From Enoplolaimus lenunculus (Eukaryota): DNA of 64,000 nt. The stretch spans positions 124,001-188,000 of the forward strand of contig JASANG010002365.1 in NCBI GenBank assembly GCA_030248215.1. The letters run 5' to 3'. A program made the position numbers and the translations under genes. Positions within the stretch are counted from its first letter, which is position 1. Every line of letters starts with the position of its first letter. Positions 25,707 through 38,109 of the stretch are shown here, piece by piece. The notes beneath the pieces are model-generated. The model ran no database searches. It was given only the letters and a program-made list of their open reading frames with translations, and was not told where the DNA came from.

Positions 25707-27032
25707 GTAGGTTTTTTGACATTTTGTTTATCGTTGCATTTTAAGCCAATCACCATTTGAGACACGCTCATGGAAACATAATTTTAACCGTTGAATTTGA
25801 TGTGATTGGTAGGTTTTTTTTGAAATTTTGTTTATTGTTGCATATTACGCCAATCACCGTTTGCGAAACGCTAAAGGAAATATGATTTGAACCGTTCATT
25901 TTGATGCGATTGGTAGGTTTTTTATGAAATTTTGTTTATTGTTGCATATTCTTGATTGACAGCGTCAAATATTCGCGCATTCAACAACGCTAAAATATTG
26001 AACTGCAGTGTACCAATAAGGTCATGTATGGAAACAATTAAATCAGCTGAACATCTTAATTCCAATTTTAAACTATCTATATTATTATAGCTGGAAAGCC
26101 CATATACGTATTTTAGACAGCGTTTCAGCAGCACAGAAGTAAACTGGTGTAAAATGAATTTTTGCAATCTTCAAACTCTGCGAACAATCTTATTCGCAAT
26201 ATATCTTTATTTATATTATCTTAGCTTGTACTCTCAAATGCGTGTAGCGCCTACCACAAGTTGGTGATAGGTCCTGTAACTTTGTAACCAGCGCATGGTG
26301 AGGTTCGAAACTCAACCACATTGTTTGGCGTTCGATTTGCGATTCTTCTGTACCAATTTTGAGATCTGCAATTGCAAATGTTCGTACGTATGAACACAGG
26401 TCGCTAACTGATGATAGGTGCTATATGCGTTTGAGAATATGGGCCCAAATTTTAGTTATTATTGATTTACTATAATGCTGTACGATGTTTATTTTTATTT
26501 TTTTATTTTTGAAACTTGACTTTGATTGACTGTCTTTAAGATAAGGGAAAATACAAAATTACACAGATGGTAATTATAATTAATCATTGCAACTTGCCAA
26601 AAACGTCAAAATTAATATGATTTAAAGTAAATTTGTGCTTAAAAGTTTGAACGTTTTATTAATATTAATGATTCTGATTTTTAATTGCAAAAATATGTTG
26701 CAAACTGTTTTTGTTTCGCAAACCAATTTTCGGTGTAGTGTTTTTTGCAGTCACTACGTATGGATACAAAACTTGGGTTTTTTGTTCAAATAAGCTTTTT
26801 TCGTAAAAACCTGAAATTCGTTGATTCTATTTATTCTGAATTAATTAATTAACCAACCCAGAGTCAATTCAACTCAGACTGATAATTAACGTAGTTCAAA
26901 GTGAGCTAACGTTTTACAGTGCAGTGGGTCCAAATGTCAAGCTGACATAAGTATTTTTGGTCAGTGGTTTTTAGACACGGTATCAGTTTCAACACAAGAA
27001 CTTCGAAATTTTTATAGAACGTAAACCGTCTA

Positions 27033-27287
27033 CACTGTAAATTTCAATGAGTTGATTTTAACTCAGAATGATTTGAATTCACTCATTGGCTTGAGCTCTG
27101 AATACAGTCTTTCACGACTGAGAATTCTGAATTGATTGGACTCATTCTGAGTTAATTCTTCAACTAACCCAGAATTAACTCGAGTCAGTGTGAGTTAATG
27201 GTTTACTGTTTATTACCTTAGAAAAAAAACTAGAAATAACTAATTCTCTCTCTGAGTTGATTAATCAACTGATCAGAATTTACAGTG
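27033..27287. mobile_element. MITE family C, TA-flanked (Tc1/mariner-type target)
   Basis: TA|CACTGTAAATT...AATTTACAGTG|TA. Confidence 0.78.
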
Positions 27288-27372
27288 TACTTTCTAAAAT
27301 CCTAGCGATGATCGTATAGCAATTAAAATCTAAAATCGTAAACATTTCTCAATATATTTTTCAATATTTCAG

Positions 27373-27535
27373 AAACCATTCTGCCAAACAGTGGCCTATT
27401 CACGGTGAAACTTGCGAAACGTTGTGCCAATCTTGGTATTGTCATTAGTTGTTCGCTTCGATCGGGTTCATCGTTTGCTCAGAAAGGTGAACCGGTCATT
27501 GTTGCTGACGTTCGAACCGGAAGTGTCGCTCACAG
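27373..27535 (+). CDS. GRIP: GRIP-like exon (N-terminal part of PDZ5)
   Basis: TTTCAG acceptor, GTAAT donor. Encodes ETILPNSGLFTVKLAKRCANLGIVIS...KGEPVIVADVRTGSVAHR, matching the GRIP PDZ5 pattern (ESVIPSSGTFHVKL...GSVAHR). Confidence 0.9.
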
Positions 27536-28174
27536 GTAATTTATTTCTAAATTACTTCATTCCGGCCGGAACAGGCGCCCATAGCCAGCTCACCTTACTA
27601 TGGGATGTTAAAATTTTTTCAGAAGAGGCATACAAGGGTTTTCGTTGACTTGGCGGATGCAAAAAAAATTCAAAGCGAGTTTACAATTGACGATCCATGC
27701 ATGGAAAGCGATCGTTTGATGCTGTTAGACTCGAAGCATTTTTTCAATTTTATATTTGACAATGTTTTTCGGGCTTAAGGGGGTTCTTAGAAACCCAGCC
27801 CCCTCCCCGGGATCAACCGGTGGCATTAATACTGTCTTTTATTACGATTTTACTGTGGGGTGTAGTATAAGCTGCGTTGTTTAATTTTGTTTAGGCCAGT
27901 GTCGAGATTAGCCCCTCCTTGCATTGCATGCTAAGGTTTATCCCCTCTGAAATTTCTGGAAGAGACAAGAAAAAGTGCTTTTACAGACTTTTGTCAAAAA
28001 AAGTTCTCGCTTGCTACGCTCGTTCGTAAAAACCGTTGCAGTAAAGTGATATTGTCAAAATGAAATCATGGCTATGTCTCACTGTGCGTGTCTTAATTTA
28101 GAAATTAGTTCGAATAAAAGACAAAATACTAAAAAATAATTTTTACTAATCCCGGTTTGTTTATTTCATTTCAG

Positions 28175-28361
28175 GTGTGGTTCAATCGCACCCGGTGATC
28201 AATTGGTTTCAATTGATAATATCCCGTTAGACACGTGTACAGTCGATGAAGCTGCCCGGCTGCTTCAACGCTCGACTGATATTGTAAAGTTGCGAGTTCG
28301 CAAAGCTGTACACAGTCCGACGTTATGCAACCCATATGACGATATTGACAATGGTCCGCAG
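28175..28361 (+). CDS. GRIP: GRIP-like exon (C-terminal part of PDZ5)
   Basis: TTTCAG acceptor, GTATT donor. Encodes CGSIAPGDQLVSIDNIPLDTCTVDEAARLLQRSTDIVKLRVRK. Phases 2/0. Confidence 0.9.
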
Positions 28362-28374
28362 GTATTATTACTTT

Positions 28375-28790
28375 TATTAAAATTTGTTTATTTGTTGATT
28401 TTTTGAAATTTATTTGTTGACTTTTTAATTATTTTGCATTTGTTGATTTCTTTTTAAATTATTTGTTGATATTTTAGATTTATTTATTTCTTGATTTTTT
28501 TTAAATTACTTTTTCATTTGTTGATTTGTAATTTAATTGTTGACATTTTAATTCTTTTTATTTGTTCATTTTTTAATTAGTTTTTTATTTGTTCATTTTT
28601 TAATTTATTTGTTGGCTCTATAAATTTATTTATTTGTTGATTTTTAATTTATTCGCAGATTTTTTAATTATGTTTCATTTGTTGACTTTTTAATTTTTTT
28701 GTTGACATTTTTAATTTATTTGTTTGTTGATTTGTTAATTTATTTATTTGTTAAATTTTTAAATTTACTCATTTCTGGATTTTTATTTTT
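28375..28790. repeat. Degenerate T-rich intronic tandem repeat (TTTGTTGATTTTTTAATT-like)
   Basis: Recurring TTTGTTGA motif. Confidence 0.7.
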
Positions 28791-29670
28791 TTTTCTGAAA
28801 CTGCTAGACATAGGCCTGTAGCACTACAGGCAGTACTTTCAACAGGACTCAAAACCAAAATTTGGGTATTAAGATCCAGTGCAAAAATTGTGTTTGACTT
28901 CTCACTCACTTCGATCGCGAGTTTTTTTCTTAATTGGGTATCACGCTGGACCCTTCTCAGGAATTTTTGAATCCGGCGGTGGCCACAGATATTTCGCAAT
29001 ACAAAAATACGGTTGCGCTGTGTTTGTCCACTTTTTCATTAGTAAACTAACACAGATCGACTTTAATTGGTCAACAAATCAAAAACGCGTGTTTACTATG
29101 CGAGCTTATGATTGGCTAAAATCCGTAAACACTCAGTTTATATATTTGGTGAGAAAATAAATTTAGGTACATATACCACCAGTAAAGCAATGTCGATTAC
29201 CCCCAAAGAAACGCCAGCTAGCGATAAAAACGCACAGATCAATGTCTTTATTGTTTATTTCAATTTGGGGGCCATGGTTTCCTCCCCCCCCCCCCCCCTG
29301 GCCCCCCAACAGCATCTCGACAAAAGTTATTTAGAGTGTCAATTGCTGTCTTTAGCTGTTTATTTCTATTGGCTTCCGAATCCGCGACTTTAAATTTGTT
29401 CTTGTTTGAAACCAAATCCGAACATATGTTGCCACCCTGTTGTTTAGATCTAAATTGTGTTGATGCATTAGTTTCATTTGAGATTCATCTCAATTGAACG
29501 AACGTAAAGAAGCCAATTTTATGACAATAGTTCGTGGTTTGTGTGTTGGTCAAAAATAAGTTTATTACTTGTGAAATTTCGCCCCCCCCCAATTTTGAGA
29601 TCCTGGATCCGCCACTGCCCCCGGCTACGTCCCTGAATCGAGGTATTAATGTTGTTGTTCTGTATTTCAG

Positions 29671-29795
29671 ACGGTTGTATATAGTGTTGAACTAAACCGA
29701 AAGGGTGGCCCACTTGGCATCACTATCGCTGGCACAGAAGATCGCTACGATCCAATATTCATTTCACAGTTGGCGTTGGGAGGCTTAGCAGAAAA
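29671..29795 (+). CDS. GRIP: GRIP-like exon (N-terminal part of PDZ6)
   Basis: TTTCAG acceptor, GTAAGT donor. Encodes [42 protein letters not shown], close to GRIP PDZ6 ([26 protein letters not shown]). Confidence 0.92.
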
Positions 29796-30036
29796 GTAAG
29801 TTAATGTCTTTTCGTAATGTTTTAATTTTTTATATGCAAAAAAAAGTAATTTTTCTCTAAATATTTTGTCTCGTTCTTGTGTGATCTTGTAACGCAATAA
29901 AAATACGCTATTAGGAATAAAGATTAATTTTGAAATTAACAGTTAAGAATAAAATTTTATAAAGATTCATTTCTATGCCTTCTAACGCCATATTGTAAAT
30001 TGTATTTTTAAAGGTAATTCATCGGTGCTTGTTTAA

Positions 30037-30299
30037 CCCTTTCTCACATGAATATTTTCAATTTTATATGACATGCACTTTCAAGGTAAGATTCGATCAC
30101 CAGACTCTCGGGTGGGAGGCGTTTATGATGACCATCAGCTATAGGAGGTTGACGCTCGAGCCCGAGGGGGCTCTCACGCCTTGTAGAGAATTTGCACTGC
30201 ACACATATGTTAGAATTGTTAAACGCTGCTCACAGTGTTTGTGTTGCTGATGTATTACCTGTATTTAGTTGTTCATAGTATACTCTGTGAGTTAAAGGG
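30037..30299. mobile_element. piggyBac-like MITE (family E variant)
   Basis: TTAA|CCCTTT...AAAGGG|TTAA. A related host repeat with an empty site lies at about 882-953. Confidence 0.75.
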
Positions 30300-30710
30300 T
30301 TAAATGTTGAAAACATAAATGTGTGAGTTCAGTATTGAAGTAGTGAATTCATTGGAATTTACATGACGCTACAAAAGTTATCTTGTTGAAATACTATTAA
30401 ATTGTAAAGTTTTGGTTTAGATAGACTTTGCTATTCGCTATCCCGATAGGAGTACATCCGGAGCAGTTTCGAGTAATGTGCTTTGACTTCAATGAGCTCA
30501 TGCAACCCATCGTAATTCACGTTGAACAAGTCGTTTTGAGTGCGGCAGCCAATCCAAAAACGGGGACACGCGAAACTTTCGTTTAGTATTTTGCATCGTT
30601 TTCGCTACGACTCCCAGGTTCCAATTGCCCCCTCTCTGTGGCGGTTAAGGGGGGGTAGCCGTGGCAGTTATTGCTAATCGCAGAAATGCATTATTGTTTG
30701 TCAATTGCAG

Positions 30711-31011
30711 GACAGGCGCACTTCACGTCGGTGACCGCATCCTTGCAATTAACGGCCAATCGTTATGCGATAAACGGGTTTCTGAAGCAATCCAACTACT
30801 TCAACAAGCGTCTGACGCCGTTACCATTAAAATCGGCCGGACTGTCGAGTTGGGACCGCCGCCATCTCATCATTATGGCGGCGGCGGGATACACGGCCTG
30901 CCAGGGCCGTCAAGGCCAGCACTGCCTGGATCAGCAATACCATTCCATTGTGGCCAGCTTAGAGATGGAACACAAACCGGAACGAGTGGAGGTGATCATG
31001 GCTCCGAGCAG
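30711..31011 (+). CDS. GRIP: GRIP-like exon (C-terminal part of PDZ6 plus linker)
   Basis: TTGCAG acceptor, GTAAA donor. Encodes [41 protein letters not shown]. Phases 2/0. Confidence 0.9.
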
Positions 31012-31243
31012 GTAAAACAATCAAGTGGTCAATAGCGCCTATATCACCAGATGGGTTTCAGAAATGGTACAGATGTAGAACAAATCAAACGCGAAAAATG
31101 TGCTGAATTTCGAAGCATATCGTTCAGTGAGTCGAAAGTTGCAAGACTTTACGCCAACTGGTAATAAATGCTACATACATTTGAGAATACGGGCAATTTG
31201 CACGATTTGCTTAAAGATCAACAACGCAGCATTTTGTTTTCAG

Positions 31244-31454
31244 GATACATCTGACAAACTCGGAACACCAGTTCAATCAATTGACTCTGCCGTTGAGTCA
31301 TTAGAAGATTCGCCTGAGTCACAAGCCGTCTCAGTTGGATCGAACCGTAATTCGGCGAATTCAAAATCGTCAACGTACGGAACTGTTGGTGGCCCGCCTG
31401 CCGGTGACCGAGGCAGTAACGGAAGTGGTACAAGTCAAGAAAATCAAAAATATG
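31244..31454 (+). CDS. GRIP: GRIP-like linker exon
   Basis: TTTTCAG acceptor, GTAAT donor. Contains SIDSAVESL, similar to the GRIP linker DSAVDSW motif. Phases 0/1. Confidence 0.8.
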
Positions 31455-32121
31455 GTAATTAATCACAAATTTTGCACCAAATTTGGAAAAGAATTCCTAA
31501 TTTCAAAAGGTTATTTTTATGTTTTGTAAGAAAATTGGGCCAATATACAGCATATGGCAGTAACAGTTGAATAAACATATTTGAAGCGTAAGCTTAAGCG
31601 TAAGAATGAGCTTATTTCTAAGCCTAATCCTGAGCAAAATATAGCTAAAAGTTTAAACTTACTCTATTAAGTACCGTTCCACAGAAAAACTTTTCGCCCC
31701 TGATCTTTGTCTGTCGAAAATTGGATGACATATCAATGATGTAATAACATTGGACGGTTTGTGGATTAGAACACTATTTCAAATTTTTTTTGCGTCACGA
31801 GTTTTTAGGAAATTAAGAAAAACATATTTGAAATAATGTTTCTACTTTTAAATTAATTTTGCACAATCACAACCTTAAAATAAAAGGCTTAAAATTTGGA
31901 CGGTTTTATGTTATTAAATTAAGACAATTTTACAAAAAAACCGACAACCAATTACAACTTTGTTTCATTCAGTTTGAGTTTCAATTTTAACATTCCTGTT
32001 TTTATTTCATTTTTAAACAAATTTGCCAAATTTACTTTTCTCAAAATATCACCTAACCTTTTTAATTATCTAAAATAAAAAAAATGTCAAAACTATTGTA
32101 TTTTAGTGTTTTTTGTTTCAG

Positions 32122-32317
32122 TTGAAGATTTAAGTCAACAACTTCAAAAAAGCCTCAGCTCGTTGCGAGTGTCGTCTGATCAGCAAGTCGTACCAGCAGC
32201 ATCGTCAGTGTCGGTTGCTCATGGCAATACTGACGCATCTCGGGTGAATAGCGCAACCAACGGCGTATCGGACGTTTGCCCGTGCCAATCAAATTCAGCT
32301 CAAGCGCAACAAGACTG
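32122..32317 (+). CDS. GRIP: GRIP-like linker exon
   Basis: TTTCAG acceptor, GTTAGT donor. Open frame VEDLSQQLQKSL...AQQD(W). Phases 1/2 join both neighbours in frame. Confidence 0.78.
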
Positions 32318-33800
32318 GTTAGTAATTATTTTGTAATAAATAAATATTTTTAATTGTTTAATTAGCACAAGAACGCGAGTTATTGTCGGTTGAAACCTGT
32401 TCGGGCTGTGCAATACTCGAACAGTGCTGGCCGCCATCGAGCGGTGTCGTACACAAATTACTCGCGTGCGACACCGTCCGGTGACGCGTGACGGGCCCTG
32501 TTGTAGTTCCCACCCACGCAGTGGAAAAGCCCCACCCCCCCACCCCTGCAACGAAAATTTCGTTTTCGAAAACAGTTCAAAACTATTTCAACTACGCTTA
32601 GCGGTTTCAATAATAAAATACTCTTAGTGCATGCGGCTTGGCGGACGGCAGCCCTTCTGAAAACCATAACGCAAAATTGATGAAAAAATTTCGCACTAGA
32701 AACACAGTTTTTAATACAAGAAAACAAAACATTTTTATGTTAAAAGTGAAAATGTTTTCCGACATATTTGCGTAGGTGCCGAAGGAAAACTTCAAAAGTG
32801 CCGCGTGACGGACAGCGCTGGATGGCATTAAAAGTCTTAAACTTTAAACACATAATCAAGCTTATTTCGCATTTCAATTATATTACAGAAACGCTGAATT
32901 CAAAATAGTTTTTTGACTCAATTTTTAAGGCGGAACCAATAGCGGTAGTCTGTTTAAAATGCGGTGTTTGTAAATACTTCAAAGACCATTAGCGATGGAC
33001 AACGGACTATTCTTTCATGTCCGGTTAAACGTATTATATATAAACATATCAGAAATAAAAATTTTCAATTCGGAATTTCAATTTGTTGTTTAGGGCTTAA
33101 TTTAACAACATAAAAACTTAAAATCTAAAAATGGATTTTTTAACTCATTTCGGTCAATGTCAATTTTACGGCCGTAACAGCAGATTAAGCGTATTTCTAA
33201 GCCTAAACAAAAAAGTCTAGAATGTAAGCCTACACTTTTACAGACCCACCAGAAACCGGGACGGCTCTAAAAGTAACATGGGATCTTTATTCCGATAACA
33301 TGCTGCCACATTTAACTGTATCCTTAATTTTCCCAAAACTCATTTTAACATTTTTCTTTTGAACAACACCGCTGTGCTTGCCTGGTTCCGGGCTTTTTTT
33401 AAGTTTGCTTCACAACCACAGTGGTGACTTTACCCGCGGGTACCTGTGGGTAACTGCGGGTCGGGTAAAAAATTTCAGCCGCGAGTATACACGCGGGTGA
33501 AAAATTTGCATGATGCAGGTAAAAAAATTGACATCTTTTTACCCGCGCCAAACCTTTCAGAGTTAAAGGTGCAGTACATGCCCTATTAACTTAAGCTGGT
33601 CAGTGTAGCGTTGTAAAAGCAAAATTGTGTGCTTTACATAGTTGGGTTCGAAATTTTGTCGTTTCTAGTAAGCTTTTATGTGTAAAATTCATTGGAGCTA
33701 TAACGCAAAACTTCATTGAAGTGCAAATTACCAGCGATCTTTAAACTTATGGTTTAACTTCATGCGAGGGTAAAAGGTGGGTCTTGCGCAGATCTTTTAA

Positions 33801-34062
33801 CCCTTTCTCACATGAATATTTTCTATTTCCCCTGAGACCTCCTTTTATGCTAGGATTCGAACTCTAGTGACTAGAGTGGGAGGCGTATACCATCACCACT
33901 CGGCTATAGGAGCTTGACGCGCGAGCCCGAGGGGGCTCTCACGTCTTGTGGTGCTTAGTACTATGTATACGTGTTGCAATTGTTAAACACGGTGCGATTT
34001 ACATTATTTAACGTATATACACTGCGCTTAGTTGCCTATAGGCAACTCAATGTGAGAAGGGG
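33801..34062. mobile_element. piggyBac-like MITE (family E) with tRNA-derived core
   Basis: TTAA|CCCTTTCTCACAT...ATGTGAGAAGGGG|TTAA. Nested in an ACCCGCGGGT-rich element (about 33419-34153). Confidence 0.82.
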
Positions 34063-34563
34063 TTAAACGTGGGTAAACCCGCGGCTAAAAAAATTTTATT
34101 TGTTTGGGTAACGCGCGGGTCTGGTAAAAAATCTTTACCCACATCCCACTCTGGTTTTCAACAGTTTTTTGTGCTCGATTGGCGGGGGGCATTGGAGCAA
34201 AAGTAATTGTCGAACCAAAAGTATTAAAACAATTTAAACGATAAGAGCAAGAATTGTTTGACACAAATTATTATATTCTGACGGGTAATTACACTCTTGA
34301 ACTCGGGTTTAACTCAACCATAACTGCTTAAAATACCTAAACATCACAATGAAACACGTTCTGTTGTTCGTTCTCTGCAATAGTCTTTCCTTCGCTGAGT
34401 TTCAGTTGGTGTTTGCCAGAAATACTATTGATTTCAGACCTAATACATATTTTAGTTTTTTATAACTTTTCCTATGAATTTCACGCTCAAATTTGAATTT
34501 ATTGACAATTTCAGCGCTTGGTAGTCGGATCCTTTTCAAAACTGTTGTTTTTATTTGTTTTAG

Positions 34564-35875
34564 GATGCGTGTACTAGAAGCGTTGGAAACTGTCGGTGAA
34601 GCGGAAATGCTACGCAAACTAGAAGAAAGCATAATGATCGGATCAGTTCCGTGTGCTCCTGGTACAAGTGGCAGCGCAACATTGGATACAACTACACAAT
34701 CGATTCAACAGCCGTCTACAAATTTGTCGCCGGACTCGAAACACGCTCCACCGTTGTTGCCCAAGCCACCATCAGCGTCGACGTCGTCGAATTCGTTGAC
34801 TTCTTTTTTTAATCCGTTCCCAACTGTATCCGGTACGAATACAATCCTTAAACATCCGTTTGGTATTGGAGGCTCTATACGTCCACCGTTGCATGCTCCA
34901 GGTTCGCCTTGTACGTCTAATATCATTAGCGGAGCGCCTAAGCTTGGCGCTGGAGGGCATAGTTCAGGACACAGTTCTTCAGCAAGCAGCGACACTGGCA
35001 GACGTGAACCAGGCGGGCAACAATCGGGCACAGGTTCAACGCAACCGTTGGCTCGAACTGGGAGCAATTCAAATTTATCGGTGGCTTCAACAAATTCGGC
35101 CGGATCGTCAGGGACCGGTCCTCAAACGGCGGTGAATCGTGGTCAGGGCCAACATGGCGGAAGCGGCGGTCCGACATTGGTTGGAATTCCTTCGTCGAGT
35201 TCAACACATCACATCTTAAGCGATCCGCGACTAATTGTGAGTGGTGGGGCGGCGATTTCGCCGACACAACAACAACCACAACCTGGTCGCTCGCAACTTC
35301 CTCGCAGTTTAAATTCGCCAGTACTACAGCAACGACGCGTCGCATTTCAACAGCATACAGAAGAGCTTGGATCGACTTCACCAACTCCAACATCACAACA
35401 ACAACAACAACAGCAACAACAACAATTGCTCCAACTACGAAAATCCCACTCCGATCGTTTTACAAGCGACGCATTTTCAAGCCAACAATTAACTATTGAA
35501 ACGACAACAATAAATACAACTTGTGCAACAACAACAACAACAACTACTACTACTACAACGTCAATAAATATTCCATATATAACGTCGCCATTGTTGCGTC
35601 AATCACACATCGAAGCAAAACGAGTCCCGGATGGACCGGTTGTTACCGGCGGACAAGGCATTGCGGCACCATCAATCATTGCTGCTGGATCGGGACCGCC
35701 TCCGATGCCAATGGAAATCCATCAAATCCGAATATCAAAGGATCGAGTCCATAATGATTTTGGATTTTCAGTGTCAGACGGGGTTCACGACCGTGGCGTT
35801 TATATCAATAAAATTCGCGCAGGGGGTCCTGCTGATACGATTGGAAGTGTCAGACCCTACGACAGAATTTTACAG
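34564..35875 (+). CDS. GRIP: GRIP-like large exon (conserved linker helix, S/G/Q/T-rich low-complexity region, N-terminal part of PDZ7)
   Basis: TTTTAG acceptor, GTACG donor. WMRVLEALETVGEAEMLRKLEESIM resembles GRIP [25 protein letters not shown]. Ends with DFGFSVSDGVHDRGVYINKIRAGGPAD...PYDRILQ (PDZ7). Confidence 0.92.
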
Positions 35876-36153
35876 GTACGACTGAATTGATCCATGTTAG
35901 CGATAACGGCCTGTTCACTAGGCCTAAATCTAAGCCTTAGCGTAAGCTTTAAGCCTTCGAATCTGTAAATCTTTGCTCTCTCTGTGTCCCATGTAATTAA
36001 CGTTGATCGCTGAATTCATGAGACAGGTATGTTTTGAGTTAAAACAATTTTAAAAGCAAAATCGTGTACAAAACGGTTCGGTGGTAACAGTTGAAAGAGA
36101 TTCAACCGGACGTTGAGAAATACCGAAAATCAAACCGGAGATCAACAAAATTA

Positions 36154-36408
36154 CACTGTAAAGTTCAGTGAGTTGATTTTAACTCAGAATGAGTTGAATC
36201 ACTCAGTCTGAGTTAGGACTATCAGAACTCAGAATTCTGAGTTGATTCAATTATTCACTCTGAGTAAAATAATCAACTCACTTAGAGCCAACTCAGCTCG
36301 GACTGATAACCAACTCAGCTCAGAGTGAGTTAAAGTTTACTGTTATTAACTCAGAAATAACCCACTCGCTAGTTGAATTGATTAATCAACTCATTGGAAT
36401 TTACAGTG
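36154..36408. mobile_element. MITE family C, TA-flanked
   Basis: TA|CACTGTAAA...TTTACAGTG|TA. Confidence 0.78.
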
Positions 36409-36666
36409 TAAACCAAGCCAGAGCCGTAGATAAAGCCTGGGATGAAGCGGCATTAGGCGGTTAAAATAGTGTTTAATTTGCTATATTTAGCAAATATCTG
36501 TAAAGCGTTATCAAAATCATAACTTTAAGGATATTTTTTTAAAAAAATCCTGACAATTAACTCCATAGCACCAAAAGTTATAACCAAGTGCACCGAAAGA
36601 CACAGTTTTTGTGAAACTATTCCAAGTTTCACCCCCGAAATTGCAGCAACCTCTGTTAGACATTGT

Positions 36667-36810
36667 GGCCCTTATTTACTTTAAGGGGCGTCCAAGTTTC
36701 TGGTGAGTCAATAAAAGTATAGGTTTAGATTATAGATTACATTTTTTGCTTAGCCATAGGCTTAGGAATGCGCGTAATCTACTGTTACGCCTGTAAAAGT
36801 AACTTTGGCC
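36667..36810. mobile_element. Family B MITE
   Basis: GGCC termini. Perfect TSD GACATTGT on both sides. Confidence 0.75.
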
Positions 36811-37245
36811 GACATTGTACCGGTGCTGAAAGTCAATGTTTTGCCTACCCCGGAGGCAAACCAACGATTGTCTCGTGAGATGCGTTCATCTGCAATTATT
36901 AGAATAAATATTGCGACGCCAATTACAATATTTAGCAATAGCTTTTCTATGCAGTGACAAGAAAACATTTCAAAGCGTCCAGTGATACAAAGCCTGGTAC
37001 AACACAATAGTTTTATGCAAATACGAATTTTGTTCGCTAATTAATTTTAACCCTTCACAGAACAGCGGGCACCCTGGCTGGCGTATTTTTCCGGGGCTCA
37101 AAATGTACTAGCGCACGTGGAAATTCATTTGTTTCTTAGTAGAGTCTAATACAAGAACTTAAGGTCTGCGTGATGGCAGTGTTAACGGGATCTTCGAGAA
37201 AATGTCCGCACTTTATATGTCATCGTCTCTTTTTTTATCAATATC

Positions 37246-37392
37246 GGCCAATGTAAAGAACAGGGGCGGAACAGTATTATAAGCATATTCCTAGGCCTTA
37301 AAGCCTAAACCAAACAAAAATTAGTCTAAAGCTTAAGCTTACACTATTGCAGTCCCACAGAAAACGTTCCGCCGCTGATCTTTACATGCGCC
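37246..37392. mobile_element. Family A MITE (reverse orientation)
   Basis: GGCCAATGTAAAGAACAGGGGCGGAAC terminus. TSD TCAATATC/TCAATTTC. Confidence 0.75.
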
Positions 37393-37633
37393 TCAATTTC
37401 TTACTTTTGAGGGAGTCGATGATATTTACACTACACATTCTATTTAAATAATTACACTGCAGTTTCCCGAGAATATAAGGCGAAAAAAACTGATTTGTCC
37501 GAAACTTCATATATAAATCACCCCTCACTTAAAACCAATACCCACATAAATGTTTGGGGGTAGAGTCTAAACGCAACACTCGATGAGTCGTTTCATTTCT
37601 ACACAGAATGTACTCAGTTGTATTAATTTTAAC

Positions 37634-37853
37634 GGCCCATGTTACTTTAAGGGGCGTGCAGTTTTCTCGTAGGTCTATAAAAGAGTAGGTTTAGATTCTA
37701 GATTACATTTTTTTGCTTAGGCTTAGGCTTGGGAACACATTTTTACAACGCTTAAACTTAAACGTAGACTTAGGAACACATTTTTGCAACGCTTAGGCTT
37801 AGGCGTAGGAATACGCTTAATCTACTGTTACGCCTCTTAAAGTAACATTGGCC
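37634..37853. mobile_element. Family B MITE just upstream of the last GRIP acceptor
   Basis: GGCCCATGTTACTTTAAG...TTAAAGTAACATTGGCC. Perfect TSD ATTTTAAC. TTAGGC core. Confidence 0.8.
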
Positions 37854-37881
37854 ATTTTAACCAATTACAGTTACATTTCAG

Positions 37882-38079
37882 GTCAACTCAACAAACGTCA
37901 AAGATCTGGATTGCATGCTTGCAGTGCCGTTGTTAGCTGCAGCAGGTGATTCGATTGATTTGCTGATCTGTCGTGATCCAACGATGGCGATCGCATCCCG
38001 AGCGTTGTATGCGCACATTGAAGAAGATGAGCTCAGTTCACCAGGATCAACCGTTGACATTCGCTATACTGAAGTTTAA
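37882..38079 (+). CDS. GRIP: GRIP-like terminal exon (end of PDZ7, C-terminus ...DIRYTEV*)
   Basis: TTTCAG acceptor. VNSTNVKDLDCMLAVPLLAAAGDSIDLLICRDP parallels GRIP [33 protein letters not shown]. TAA stop at 38077-38079. Confidence 0.9.
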   Translation, partial: VNSTNVKDLDCMLAVPLLAAAGDSIDLLICRDPTMAIASRALYAHIEEDELSSPGSTVDIRYTEV

Positions 38080-38109
38080 TCCACATTTTTATGTTGTATA
38101 CATGTACGA

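Noticed and set aside
34705..35396. Antisense ORFs within the large GRIP exon
   Set aside because: Shadow ORFs of a GC-richer coding exon.
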